From IMG/VR virus record IMGVR_UViG_3300026097_000009, positions 32,001 through 96,000 of that record: DNA of 64,000 nucleotides, one strand, 5' to 3'. The first letter of the stretch is position 1. Each line of letters starts with the position of its first letter. The notes under the pieces are model-generated. The model was not told the origin of the DNA. It was given only the letters and a program-made list of their open reading frames with translations, and searched no databases. A program made the position numbers and the translations under genes. Source of the stretch: a virus. Positions 1 through 9,197 of the stretch are shown one piece after another.

Positions 1-393
1 CAAAATTTCAAGTCTAGTAGTAAATTTATAATCAATACCTGATCTTGCAGATGCTTGTTCTTGGAAATCAAATTGCTTCTGAATTTGCTGTCCCACTGAT
101 TTTTGAACAATACCACTTGCATCGTCACGTAAATTAATCGACATAGTTTGAAATTCATACTTTCCTGCAAGATAAACCCTTGAGTTATAAACAGGTATTT
201 CCATTTCTGAGAAACTCACTTGAGGTCTCGTTACATCTGTTACCTGTCTAGTCAACTCTGTGTTATCTGCATCAGCACCGAAATTACTTAGAGTAACACG
301 GAATCTATACTTTAACTTAGGCATCAATAAGCCTTGTGTTGGAGTAATTCCGTTAGTTGGTACTGTAAAATTGTTTAAGCTTGTTAAAGGCAT
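1..393 (-). CDS. gp19: Tail tube protein (T4 gp19-like), 3' end runs off the window
   Basis: Not in the ORF track. ATG at 393 overlaps the sheath stop (TAATG). Manual translation MPLTSLNNFTVPTNGITPTQGLLMPKLKYRFRVTL...RPQVSFSEMEIPVYNSRVYLAGKYEFQTMSINLRDD shows the tube-like motifs RFRV and Y-x-AGK; directly downstream of the sheath. Confidence 0.85.
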   Translation of the reverse strand, partial: MPLTSLNNFTVPTNGITPTQGLLMPKLKYRFRVTLSNFGADADNTELTRQVTDVTRPQVSFSEMEIPVYNSRVYLAGKYEFQTMSINLRDDASGIVQKSVGQQIQKQFDFQEQASARSGIDYKFTTRLEIL

Positions 394-3300
394 TATATTT
401 CTCCCGTGTTCTGTACTCTAAGCGGAATGTAAATAAATTCAATAGATTTAACTGGTTCTATAGCAATATCTACATACAACTCATTTCTATCTATTCTGCT
501 TGGAGTGTTGTTTGATTCATCGCATACTACTGCAAAGTCAAAGATAGCTCTTAAACCAACAAGTTCTAACAGTAAACTTTCAACTGCGCCTTTTATTTCG
601 TCGCGTGTTAATTTATCGTTTGGTTCGAAAATGTAAGGCTTTGCAAGCTTATCAAGCTGGCTTCTTAAATATGCCACCAATCGTGAAACATTAATTCTAT
701 CAAGAGCACTTGCATTACTTGCACGAGTCTTTTGCCCGAAGTTTACAAGCCCTACACCTGTAAAGAACGTGATTGGATTTATTTTTAGATCATAAAGCGT
801 ATCTCGTTGTCCTTCGTTCAGTGCAACAGTTTGGAACTCGCCAGTCAACCCATCGATATAACCAACGCTTGTAGCATTAGTAATACCACCACGTCTTGTA
901 CCTGCTGGTGCAAACCATGGGAAGCTAACCTGATCACTCAGTGTCATAGTTCTTAGCATCATATGCGAAGGAGGTATTACAGCATTTGTTCCACCTAGAT
1001 CTGTTGTGAATCCGCTTGGATAAAACACTGCCGCATACTCGTCAAAACTAACAAGTCCTTCATCTCCGTTATCAAATGCTAAGTTTTCATTAGATCCCCA
1101 AGATGTTAGTGTAGTTGCATCGCTTTGGATACGGAATGGCGTGTCGCCTACAACAAATGCAGTTAAGCCTCTGTCAATGTTAAGGTTGATAAGATTGCTT
1201 AACAATTCAGTGTATCCTGGACAAGAAATTAAGTTAAAGTTACGTCTTTCAGTATCGCGTAGTTGCTCGTTTACATCTACTGCACTCTTAAGCGCAGATA
1301 CTACAACTTTACGCTGTGCATTACGTCCAAACGCACCGCTGCCGTCTTCGTTATTTGCAGATGCAGTAACCCAACGATCAGTAGCATAACCGCTTTGTGA
1401 TTGTCCTGAACTATAGCCGTCGCCGTTTGGACTGTTAACAGCATCAAATCTTGCGTTATCTTCGCCTAGATTGATGTAGTTGTTAGCATAACGCTTAACA
1501 TTTCCGCCGCTTCTGCGTGTGTTATATAGAAGCATACCAGTTGGATACAAATCTGGATCTGGTGCATCAGTGTCAAGGTAATTGCTGGTTAACAATGTTA
1601 CTATGTTCGCCGCTGTATCCCCAGTAGCACCAGAATCGCCATATCTTGCATCAGCAAACAATACACCGTCTTCTGTTGTTTGATCGGCTGTGTCAAGCTG
1701 GACCCATTCTGCATTATTTGCATCGTACCTATACATTGTCGGGAAATTTTCTAGATCAGCTGTGCTAATCCATAAATCATTTGCAACAAGTGCAGTACCG
1801 TCTGATTGTTCGTCTGGCTCCGAAGCACTTACTATAGGACCAGCTGGATCTGTTAATGGATACTCGTTTAGATAACCTACCCAAGTATTACCGTTATGAA
1901 CCATAATATCAACTTCGCCGAAGTTTGGATTATACCATAACTGTCCATCCGATGGTTCGTTTAATGGCTGGCTTGAAACAGCACTGAACCCTTCTGTGAT
2001 CAAAGGCTTCCAGTTTGTAGCAAGATAATCATCATCGCTTGTTGCAGGTAGACTATAAAAATTAGATGTTCCTACATTTGTAACAACATTATAAGGAGTA
2101 AAGATATCAGCAATCGGCGTTCCGTCGCCGTCTGATATTCTAATGTCTCCGCCTAGCGAATGATACAGTTCAACTTGATTATCGTCTGTTACTCTAGCAT
2201 TTACATTTACTAATCCTGCCGCGTTTACAGCTTCAGCCATTGTATCCGCATCGTTAGCATTTCCAATCGCGTCAAACGAAACTGTGGTTGCACTTGAGAG
2301 GCTAAGTTCTCCTCTAAGGCTTTCCTTTACAGTGAACGTATAAGTTCCAGCAGTAAATGTATCAGCAGTTACAGCCGTGCCAGTGATTGCAGTTTCGCCA
2401 ACACTTGCACGTCTCCATAATTTAAATTGTGCTGTGCCTTTGACTGTTCCTGCAACATCTTCACCTTGAGGTACATTTGCGTTTGTCTGTACAAACAACG
2501 AGTCTACAGTTAAGTTTGCGCCACCGCCTGAACGATCTAAATAGTAAAGTGAAGAATGTGTGCTATCATACAGTGGAGCATTAAATGGTACCCAGCTTTG
2601 AATTGCTGAATTCCACTGACTAACTCTCCAGCGAGCTCCTTGATTTGGCTCGGTTGTTTTAACCCATATTGATCCAGTAGGACGTGGAGTATTACCGGTA
2701 GCTTTCCAAGTTGGAACTCTTGTATGAGGTGTTTGTTGAAGTGCAGGAGGATAGTATGTACCTGTGCTAATTCCTAGATCATCAAGTACGCCAGGATTAT
2801 CGCCTTCTTCAATTTGAATGACACCGCCTGAGGAACTATCTTCTGTAATTGCTGTACCGTCGCTGTACAAATAAAGTGCGCCACTTACATTTTTAGCATA
2901 AATTCCCGGAATAGTTGTTCCTATTGTACTTACTAAACCGTCTAGTGTTTCTGTTCCAGGAACAGTAATAGTTGTTCCATTAATTTTGAAGTTTTCTCCA
3001 CTTGATAGTGTTTCTGTTAACACATCGCCCTGAACTGCAGGATGGCTTGCAATCCAATCTGCAGAACCTACCAATACCCAAGAGCCGGCGTCAACTCCTG
3101 CTCCTAAGCCGCTGCCTGCTGATTTGTAATACAGTTTTGCATTTTCTTTGATGGTTGTTCCTGTTTCGAATACAACCGCATAATCGCCTATCGCTCCAAC
3201 ACTGCCCTTAGGTGCATTACTGGTAATTCTGCTTGAATCGTCATCTGTCAATACTATAGGTTGCTTGTAACTAAAACGCTGTCCGCCTGTAGTAGTGGCA

Positions 3301-3758
3301 GCCGCGCCGTTCCATTCTTGAATACCAAATGTGGTAGTTGCTGTGTTAACCCACCAAGCACCGTCGTCTGGTTCTGCGCCAGGTTCAGTTGTTGATGCTT
3401 CTAATTGATCTAAATCTACGTCTGCTCTTGCTACAAATACTGAATTTGTAACACCTAATAGGCTGTATGCCGCTAATAGTCCGTATTCGTTTCTTTCTGA
3501 TCCGTGTACTGGCGTTCCTGAAACAGTTTTTTCAAAGAAAGGAACACCAAATGTATCTAATAATTCTCTTTGACTTGTGATTCTAAAAACGCTTCCCGCA
3601 TTTGCTTGAGTTGTTCCTGCCGCAGTGCCCGTGCCTGCCGCATTGGATTTGTTCTGTCCCGTTGCTACTATAATAGCCGCTGTAGTTCCTGGCTCAGCTG
3701 GCGTATAAAAGCTTTCGTCAATTACAGTAACTTCAACTCCCGGTGATGATAAAGCCAT
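393..3758 (-). CDS. gp18: Contractile tail sheath protein with large internal insertion domains
   Basis: N-terminal LSSPGVEVTVIDES; C-terminal PWFAPAGTRRG, INPI, GQKT, ALDRINVSRL, FEPND, CDESNNTP..IDRNEL, IEFIYIP. SD AGGAGA upstream. Confidence 0.96.
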   Translation of the reverse strand: MALSSPGVEVTVIDESFYTPAEPGTTAAIIVATGQNKSNAAGTGTAAGTTQANAGSVFRITSQRELLDTFGVPFFEKTVSGTPVHGSERNEYGLLAAYSLLGVTNSVFVARADVDLDQLEASTTEPGAEPDDGAWWVNTATTTFGIQEWNGAAATTTGGQRFSYKQPIVLTDDDSSRITSNAPKGSVGAIGDYAVVFETGTTIKENAKLYYKSAGSGLGAGVDAGSWVLVGSADWIASHPAVQGDVLTETLSSGENFKINGTTITVPGTETLDGLVSTIGTTIPGIYAKNVSGALYLYSDGTAITEDSSSGGVIQIEEGDNPGVLDDLGISTGTYYPPALQQTPHTRVPTWKATGNTPRPTGSIWVKTTEPNQGARWRVSQWNSAIQSWVPFNAPLYDSTHSSLYYLDRSGGGANLTVDSLFVQTNANVPQGEDVAGTVKGTAQFKLWRRASVGETAITGTAVTADTFTAGTYTFTVKESLRGELSLSSATTVSFDAIGNANDADTMAEAVNAAGLVNVNARVTDDNQVELYHSLGGDIRISDGDGTPIADIFTPYNVVTNVGTSNFYSLPATSDDDYLATNWKPLITEGFSAVSSQPLNEPSDGQLWYNPNFGEVDIMVHNGNTWVGYLNEYPLTDPAGPIVSASEPDEQSDGTALVANDLWISTADLENFPTMYRYDANNAEWVQLDTADQTTEDGVLFADARYGDSGATGDTAANIVTLLTSNYLDTDAPDPDLYPTGMLLYNTRRSGGNVKRYANNYINLGEDNARFDAVNSPNGDGYSSGQSQSGYATDRWVTASANNEDGSGAFGRNAQRKVVVSALKSAVDVNEQLRDTERRNFNLISCPGYTELLSNLINLNIDRGLTAFVVGDTPFRIQSDATTLTSWGSNENLAFDNGDEGLVSFDEYAAVFYPSGFTTDLGGTNAVIPPSHMMLRTMTLSDQVSFPWFAPAGTRRGGITNATSVGYIDGLTGEFQTVALNEGQRDTLYDLKINPITFFTGVGLVNFGQKTRASNASALDRINVSRLVAYLRSQLDKLAKPYIFEPNDKLTRDEIKGAVESLLLELVGLRAIFDFAVVCDESNNTPSRIDRNELYVDIAIEPVKSIEFIYIPLRVQNTGEI

Positions 3759-3786
3759 ATTGTTCTCCTAATATTGAACTGTGTAG

Positions 3787-3792
3787 TATTTA
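3787..3792 (-). promoter_or_regulatory. T4-type late promoter core (TAAATA) for the sheath/tube operon
   Basis: TAAATA on the - strand about 30 nt upstream of the sheath ATG; gp55 is encoded in this window. Confidence 0.65.
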
Positions 3793-3818
3793 GTGTAAAC
3801 CCGCAAAAAAATACTTGA

Positions 3819-3826
3819 TATAAATA
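3819..3826 (+). promoter_or_regulatory. T4 late promoter TATAAATA
   Basis: Exact TATAAATA 27 nt upstream of the ORF at 3854. Confidence 0.6.
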
Positions 3827-3853
3827 GAAAAAAGGGGTAAAAAAGGTTCAATT

Positions 3854-4189
3854 ATGCGTCCAATGTGCAAATGTGGTGAAAGACCCAGGGCAATTAACTA
3901 TAAAAAAAATGATAAAACGTATTATCGAAGTCTATGCGAAGTCTGTTTATCTAACGGCTTGTATCACAGAGTTCCTAGATGGAAACGTGCAGGTTACAAA
4001 ATTAAAGACAAATGCGAACGCTGTGGATTTACATCAGCTGTAGCTAAAGTTTTTAAGGTTTTTCATGTCGATGGAGATCTAAACAACTGTAGGTACAGAA
4101 ATCTAAAGACTGTTTGTAGTAATTGTTCTATCATAATTCAACAAAGCGAAACACGATGGAAGATAGGAGATCTAGAAGCAGATTTTTAG
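3854..4189 (+). CDS. Small Zn-finger / HNH-like protein
   Basis: CKC..CEVC and CERC..CSNC zinc ligands; FHVDGDLNN..NLKTVC resembles the HNH core (HHxDG.....N..NL..LCxxCH). Confidence 0.7.
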   Translation: MRPMCKCGERPRAINYKKNDKTYYRSLCEVCLSNGLYHRVPRWKRAGYKIKDKCERCGFTSAVAKVFKVFHVDGDLNNCRYRNLKTVCSNCSIIIQQSETRWKIGDLEADF

Positions 4190-4190
4190 A

Positions 4191-4796
4191 TTAGAAGTGT
4201 TTTTGTATTTGTGTTTGCAAGTGTTCTATATCTTTGTCGTTATTAATCACAACATCAAACTCTGTACCTATCCACATATATTCGCTAGGATGAACGTTAT
4301 ATTTTTCCATAGAAGATGTGTCATTAAGTGCGTTAGCCATTACAGCTTGTGCCCACCAGTTAGGAAGTTCTCCTCTTTTTACCCACCAAATTTCGCCACC
4401 TAGTTCTTTAATTGAATTTATTTCGTTGGGAAATCTGCAATCGGATATAATAATGTTGTCTGTTGTATTTTCTATTTTTTTCTGTAGACTGTAAATCCAC
4501 ATATCGTTATGAAAATTATCTCGGATAACATCGGTCCCCCAATATTGTAATACCCACCTCGGAGTCAATGTTGGCATATTAAGTTTGTCTGCCCACCAGT
4601 GATCTACTGATTCGCGCCAAGTTCTATCTTCTTCAGTAATGCCTTCGAGTTTGTCTCGATCCCATTGAAATGCACAAGCAACACAATCTTTCAAAGAAGA
4701 TGCAAAACTTTCTTGTTTAAATTGATAGTTATCGATGAGATATTTTGCAACAGTATCTTTTCCGCTTCCGATCAATCCACAAAGACCTATAATCAT
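4191..4796 (-). CDS. Deoxynucleoside monophosphate kinase (T4 gp1-like)
   Basis: P-loop GLIGSGKDT, SFASSLKD, TPRWVLQYWGT, ISDCRFPNE, HPSE motifs. Confidence 0.92.
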   Translation of the reverse strand: MIIGLCGLIGSGKDTVAKYLIDNYQFKQESFASSLKDCVACAFQWDRDKLEGITEEDRTWRESVDHWWADKLNMPTLTPRWVLQYWGTDVIRDNFHNDMWIYSLQKKIENTTDNIIISDCRFPNEINSIKELGGEIWWVKRGELPNWWAQAVMANALNDTSSMEKYNVHPSEYMWIGTEFDVVINNDKDIEHLQTQIQKHF

Positions 4797-4815
4797 TTTA
4801 TACTCCTATCTATAT

Positions 4816-4844
4816 ATTATAGTAGAAAAAGTATTACAAGTCAA
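4816..4844 (-). promoter_or_regulatory. Sigma70-type early/middle promoter for dNMP kinase
   Basis: TTGACT (4844-4839), 17-nt spacer, TATAAT (4821-4816), followed by SD AGGAG. Confidence 0.8.
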
Positions 4845-5113
4845 CGTTTTTTGTTTAATCTACGGATTAACTTAGAAACAGGATTAGTTCTTTTTGTGAA
4901 TTTAGCTCTACGTGCTTGACGAACTCCGGTAGTAGCTCTGGTTTTTTTCATTCGCTGTGCTTTAGCAACATCAGGATGAGCAAAACAATCCGATGGCTTC
5001 GGAACTGTTCTGCCTTTTCTCGGTCCAAACATGCATCTATATTTTAGCTTAGGGCCGCTTTTGCTTTTTGACCATACTGCTTGTACTTCGTTTATAAATT
5101 CATCTGCTTTCAT
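4841..5113 (-). CDS. Small basic protein, candidate internal head protein (start revised to 5113)
   Basis: ATG overlaps the gp13 stop (TAATG). Begins MKADEFINE, resembling the T4 capsid-targeting sequence. K/R-rich body. Confidence 0.65.
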   Translation of the reverse strand: MKADEFINEVQAVWSKSKSGPKLKYRCMFGPRKGRTVPKPSDCFAHPDVAKAQRMKKTRATTGVRQARRAKFTKRTNPVSKLIRRLNKKR

Positions 5114-5871
5114 TAACCAATTACCCAACCGTAGCCATGTCCGCCCGACACTAAATTAGTTAGCTCTAAAGTTAATCTATCAAGATCGGCCTGGCCTTCG
5201 GCTTTCATGCTCGATCCGTTTAGAGCAGTTCCCCCTTGTGGGCCTGCAATACTGGCAAACTTTTCTCTTGCTTGTCCTAACATGATTTTGCAGTTTGCTA
5301 ACGAATAATCTTTAATCCATTGTCCTGCATAGGTGTCTTCGATAATTGCAAAATCAGGCCTTACATTATAAGCCCAAAGCAAAACCTGTTCGTCTGCTCT
5401 CGGACGTTGCATTATTGTGAGTTTATGAGCCTGAGAATTCCAATTAAAGTTAATAAAACTGCCAAACATTTTTCCAACAAGTTCTTGATAACCTGCAAAT
5501 AATTCATACGTTGCAAGCCCGCCCATATTGGTTGAACTAAGCAAATATGTGTTTGTATAAGCAAGATTAAACGGTTCGAATACAGTGCCGCCTTGGCCGC
5601 CGCCGGTTCTTGAACCAATACTTCTACGATAAACTTGTCTTACTTGTTGTACTTCTTGTGGAAGAATATAATCATTCTGATCTTCATTCAATGTCAAGAA
5701 CAAATAACTTTCCTCAACACTGTTATCAGAACGTTGTCTGAACACCGCTAAAGATCGGTCTAACGCAGTTTTATAATGTTCAGGATCTAATTCTACATCA
5801 ATCATGCCGTCGCCCAACATGGTCCTGCAATAATCATAAACTTCCTGTCTGTGTTGATCTATTTGACTCAT
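5113..5871 (-). CDS. gp13: Neck protein (T4 gp13-like head-tail adaptor)
   Basis: LGDGMIDVELD, WIKDYSLA..K..LG..R.KF..I.GPQGG..LNG motifs typical of the gp13 family. Confidence 0.88.
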   Translation of the reverse strand: MSQIDQHRQEVYDYCRTMLGDGMIDVELDPEHYKTALDRSLAVFRQRSDNSVEESYLFLTLNEDQNDYILPQEVQQVRQVYRRSIGSRTGGGQGGTVFEPFNLAYTNTYLLSSTNMGGLATYELFAGYQELVGKMFGSFINFNWNSQAHKLTIMQRPRADEQVLLWAYNVRPDFAIIEDTYAGQWIKDYSLANCKIMLGQAREKFASIAGPQGGTALNGSSMKAEGQADLDRLTLELTNLVSGGHGYGWVIG

Positions 5872-5876
5872 ATGTA

Positions 5877-5893
5877 TATTTATCCGGTAAATA
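5877..5893. promoter_or_regulatory. Back-to-back late promoters (TAAATA on - at 5877-5882 and on + at 5888-5893)
   Basis: Near-palindromic TATATTTATCCGGTAAATATA between the divergent neck genes; each core lies 5 nt from an ATG. Confidence 0.75.
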
Positions 5894-5898
5894 TAGTT

Positions 5899-7167
5899 AT
5901 GCCAAGATTAAGTTTATATCGTCCGGAGAAAGGTAAAGATTATAAATTCATAGATAGAACTGTTTATGAAATGTTTCAAGTTGGTGGTACCGATGTGTAC
6001 CTACATAAGTATCTAGGACCTAACACAGAAAATTCAGAAAATACACCGAGTCAGCCTCAGTATGACGGTGCGCTTGAATCTCAAATTCAAGATTTATTAT
6101 TTTTAGAAAACAGGGATCGAAAATATGATCCTGACATCTATATGTTGCGAGGCGTGTATAACGTATCTAATACCGATTTTAATTTAAGTCAATTTGGATT
6201 ATTTTTACAAAACGATACACTTTTTATTGTTTTTCACATAAACGATTCTGTGGAAAAAATTGGCAGAAAAATCATAGCGGGCGATGTGCTAGAATTACCT
6301 CATCTCGATGACGAACACGCATTAAACGATCTTCAGTTTGCACTAAGAAGATTTTATGTTATTGAAGAAGTTAATCGTGCCGCAGAAGGATTCAGTGTTA
6401 CTTGGTATCCTCATTTGTACAGAGCAAAATGTACACCGCTTGTAGATAGTCAAGAGTACAAGGATATTCTCGACGGGATTGCCGATCGAACAGGCGAAGA
6501 TACCGAAACGTCTCTTAGAGATATTATGAGCACATACGAACGAGAAATGCAAATCACACAGGCAGTTCTCGATCAAGCGGAAGAAGATGCTCCTAAGTCA
6601 GGATATGACACTTCTAAATACTATCACTTACAAACAGACGATCAAGGCAATGCAGAATTAGTCACAGTAGATACCAGTAATATCGACGCATCCGAACAGA
6701 CACAGGCAACAGATGTAGACGGAAACCTATTATTTGATACATCCGGCGATCCAGTTTATATTAATCCTACAGCATCTGCACTGTTAGAAACAGCAGACGA
6801 AAAGAAATATAATGGTTATATTTTATCTGACGGATTACCCACAAATGGTGCTCCGTTTACCGCAGGATTGGCATTTCCATCGTCCGCTGTTCAAGGGCAA
6901 TTTTGTTTAAGGAAAGATTATCATCCTAATCGATTGTTCAGATACAACGGAACACGTTGGATTAAAGTAGAGGATTCAGTAAGAATGACTATGAGTAATT
7001 TAGGACCTAGTGATGTTCAAGAAGGAGGAGTGTTCGAAGGAAAAGATGCACGTGAAACTCTTAAAACTTCTTTTATTAACAATACTAATACAGATACAAT
7101 TAATGGCAAAGAGATTACAGAAAAACAAAGTTTATCTAAAGCACTTAGACCAGAGGCCGACGAATAA
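5899..7167 (+). CDS. gp14: Neck / head-completion protein (T4 gp14-like), start revised to 5899 (MPRLSLY)
   Basis: IQDLLFLENRDRKY, LSQFGLFLQND.LFI.FH, GRK...GDVLELPH resemble gp14; located between gp13 and gp15. Confidence 0.7.
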   Translation: MPRLSLYRPEKGKDYKFIDRTVYEMFQVGGTDVYLHKYLGPNTENSENTPSQPQYDGALESQIQDLLFLENRDRKYDPDIYMLRGVYNVSNTDFNLSQFGLFLQNDTLFIVFHINDSVEKIGRKIIAGDVLELPHLDDEHALNDLQFALRRFYVIEEVNRAAEGFSVTWYPHLYRAKCTPLVDSQEYKDILDGIADRTGEDTETSLRDIMSTYEREMQITQAVLDQAEEDAPKSGYDTSKYYHLQTDDQGNAELVTVDTSNIDASEQTQATDVDGNLLFDTSGDPVYINPTASALLETADEKKYNGYILSDGLPTNGAPFTAGLAFPSSAVQGQFCLRKDYHPNRLFRYNGTRWIKVEDSVRMTMSNLGPSDVQEGGVFEGKDARETLKTSFINNTNTDTINGKEITEKQSLSKALRPEADE

Positions 7168-8531
7168 TGGATTTCTTTTATGATGGGCAAGTAAGGCGTT
7201 ATGTTACGCAATTCATGAGAATTTTTATAGGATTCAAGTACCAAACCGGTGACGGTACACAGAAGACTATCCCTGTAGCTTACGGAGATTTAACTCGTCA
7301 AGTTGCCAGTATTATTAGAGAAAATTCTGAAAACAAAATGCCAACAGTGCCGAGGATTGCCTGCTACGTTTCTGACTTACAGATTGATACTTCGCGATTG
7401 TCAGATGCTTCATTTGTTTCTAAAATGAATATCAGAGAACGTTCATACGAAGAAGTTGACGGACAAATTGAATATAAAAACTATCAGGGCGGCGGATACA
7501 CTGTAGAAAGATTAATGCCAACACCGTTTTTGATGAAAATGAAATGCGACATATGGAGCTCTAATACTGATCAAAAACTTCAAATACTAGAACAAATTTT
7601 AGTGATGTTTAATCCCAGCCTCGAAATTCAAACCACTGATAACTACATTGATTGGACTTCGTTGAGCAGTGTATATCTAGAAAACATTACGTTTACATCT
7701 AGATCAGTTCCTGTCGGAGTAGACGACGATATAGACGTCTGCACAATAGAATTTAGTATGCCGATTTATATTACGCCGCCGGCTAAAGTGAAAAAATTAG
7801 GCATTGTTAAAACTATTATCGCTAATGTTTTTACCGAGCAGGGAGATATTGTAGATATTCAAGATTTGATATACAACGAAGACGAGGCAGCCGCACAGGT
7901 AAGAGTATCCGTGGATGGTTATCCAGTGATATTATCTAAATCAAATAATCTAGATGCAAACGATTTCAGTTTATTTGCATATGATGTTAGACAGGTTGCT
8001 CTACAGTTAGGACTAGATGCTAACAATATTACTATAGGCAACAAAGTTGACTGGTACAAAATACTGGAATTGCATGGCGGTTATACCAACACCAGTTTAA
8101 TTCATTTCTTACAGCCTAACGGATTTGAAATAACCGGAACATTTGCGGTAAATCCAGCAGATCCTACAGCACTAACAGTATCGATAGATGCTGATACTAT
8201 TCCTACTAATACAATCGATTCTATCACAGCAATTATAAATCCTCAAACGTTTAATCCCGGCAATAATGTGTCAGCTGGTACTAGATATCTAATTTTAGAG
8301 GATGTAGGACAAGATACCCCTCCGTGGAGATTAAATGCACCAGCAAATTCTATTATCGAGTATGACGGTAGTAGCTGGGAGATGAGTTTTGATCCTAGGA
8401 TTCCATCCGATGTACAGTATGTTCAAAATCAAAGAACACTAATTCAATATAAATGGACTGGCGAAGAATGGCTTAAGTCGTTTGAAGGAGAATATGCAGC
8501 CGGATACTGGCGATTTGAACTTGACATATAA
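7167..8531 (+). CDS. gp15: Tail terminator / sheath stabiliser (T4 gp15-like) with C-terminal extension
   Basis: FFYDGQVRRYVTQF, IPVAYG, MPTPF, QKLQILEQILVMFNPS motifs. Confidence 0.85.
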   Translation: MDFFYDGQVRRYVTQFMRIFIGFKYQTGDGTQKTIPVAYGDLTRQVASIIRENSENKMPTVPRIACYVSDLQIDTSRLSDASFVSKMNIRERSYEEVDGQIEYKNYQGGGYTVERLMPTPFLMKMKCDIWSSNTDQKLQILEQILVMFNPSLEIQTTDNYIDWTSLSSVYLENITFTSRSVPVGVDDDIDVCTIEFSMPIYITPPAKVKKLGIVKTIIANVFTEQGDIVDIQDLIYNEDEAAAQVRVSVDGYPVILSKSNNLDANDFSLFAYDVRQVALQLGLDANNITIGNKVDWYKILELHGGYTNTSLIHFLQPNGFEITGTFAVNPADPTALTVSIDADTIPTNTIDSITAIINPQTFNPGNNVSAGTRYLILEDVGQDTPPWRLNAPANSIIEYDGSSWEMSFDPRIPSDVQYVQNQRTLIQYKWTGEEWLKSFEGEYAAGYWRFELDI

Positions 8532-8542
8532 TAATTATTTGT

Positions 8543-8929
8543 ATGAATCAAAAAGCCGGGTTGTTTTTTATATCAGTGTCCACACAGCGTTTATTTCTAA
8601 TTTTAGAAAAAAATAAATGGACCGTGCCTACGTTTTCAAGAAATAGTACATTGCTAAACGACGCAGAATTCTTGCTAAATGAGTATGCTTACGGAAAAAT
8701 AATTCCCATAGAGCTTTACGTCAGTAACGACAAAGGCTTCGAATACGGGACCTATGTGTGCGTTGTAGACGCCGAATTTCTAGGAAACGAGAAGGAAACT
8801 ATAGCTTGGTGTAATTTTGGTAACCTGCCGAGAAATTTACACGTCGGGTTGAAAACAACATTAAATAACACACAGATAAAAACTAAAATTGAAACAATAA
8901 TGGAATTACAAAATGTTACAAAAGATTGA
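8543..8929 (+). CDS. Nudix-fold-like protein lacking an intact Nudix box
   Basis: AGLFF....RLFLIL...W..P start and AWC.F..LP..LH.GL end resemble phage Nudix proteins; no GX5EX7REUXEE. Confidence 0.45.
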   Translation: MNQKAGLFFISVSTQRLFLILEKNKWTVPTFSRNSTLLNDAEFLLNEYAYGKIIPIELYVSNDKGFEYGTYVCVVDAEFLGNEKETIAWCNFGNLPRNLHVGLKTTLNNTQIKTKIETIMELQNVTKD

Positions 8930-9197
8930 ACAAAGCGAAGCATTCAAAACCGATTATAAAAAATATCAGTCTGATATTTCAAAAATTACAGATAAAAAAC
9001 TGCAAGAAGACTGCACTGATTTGTTGAGACAGTTGAAAAACACAGTAGTTTGGATAGATAACATGCACGAGCAATTGTTTGTTACACATCAAATGCCGTC
9101 GGATGTGTCAGAAGCTCGTCAAAAAATCATCAGCATTAAGAAACAACTAGATACTAGACTGAAAAGTTACCAAAACAAGAAGCGCAGAACACTTTAA
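8913..9197 (+). CDS. Hypothetical helical protein
   Basis: 94-aa ORF overlapping the upstream gene; convergent with the giant fibre gene. Confidence 0.65.
   Translation: MLQKIEQSEAFKTDYKKYQSDISKITDKKLQEDCTDLLRQLKNTVVWIDNMHEQLFVTHQMPSDVSEARQKIISIKKQLDTRLKSYQNKKRRTL

Noticed and set aside
8521-8532. Perfect TTGACA and TATAAT upstream of 8543
   Set aside because: The two hexamers are directly adjacent (0-nt spacer), so this is not a functional sigma70 promoter.
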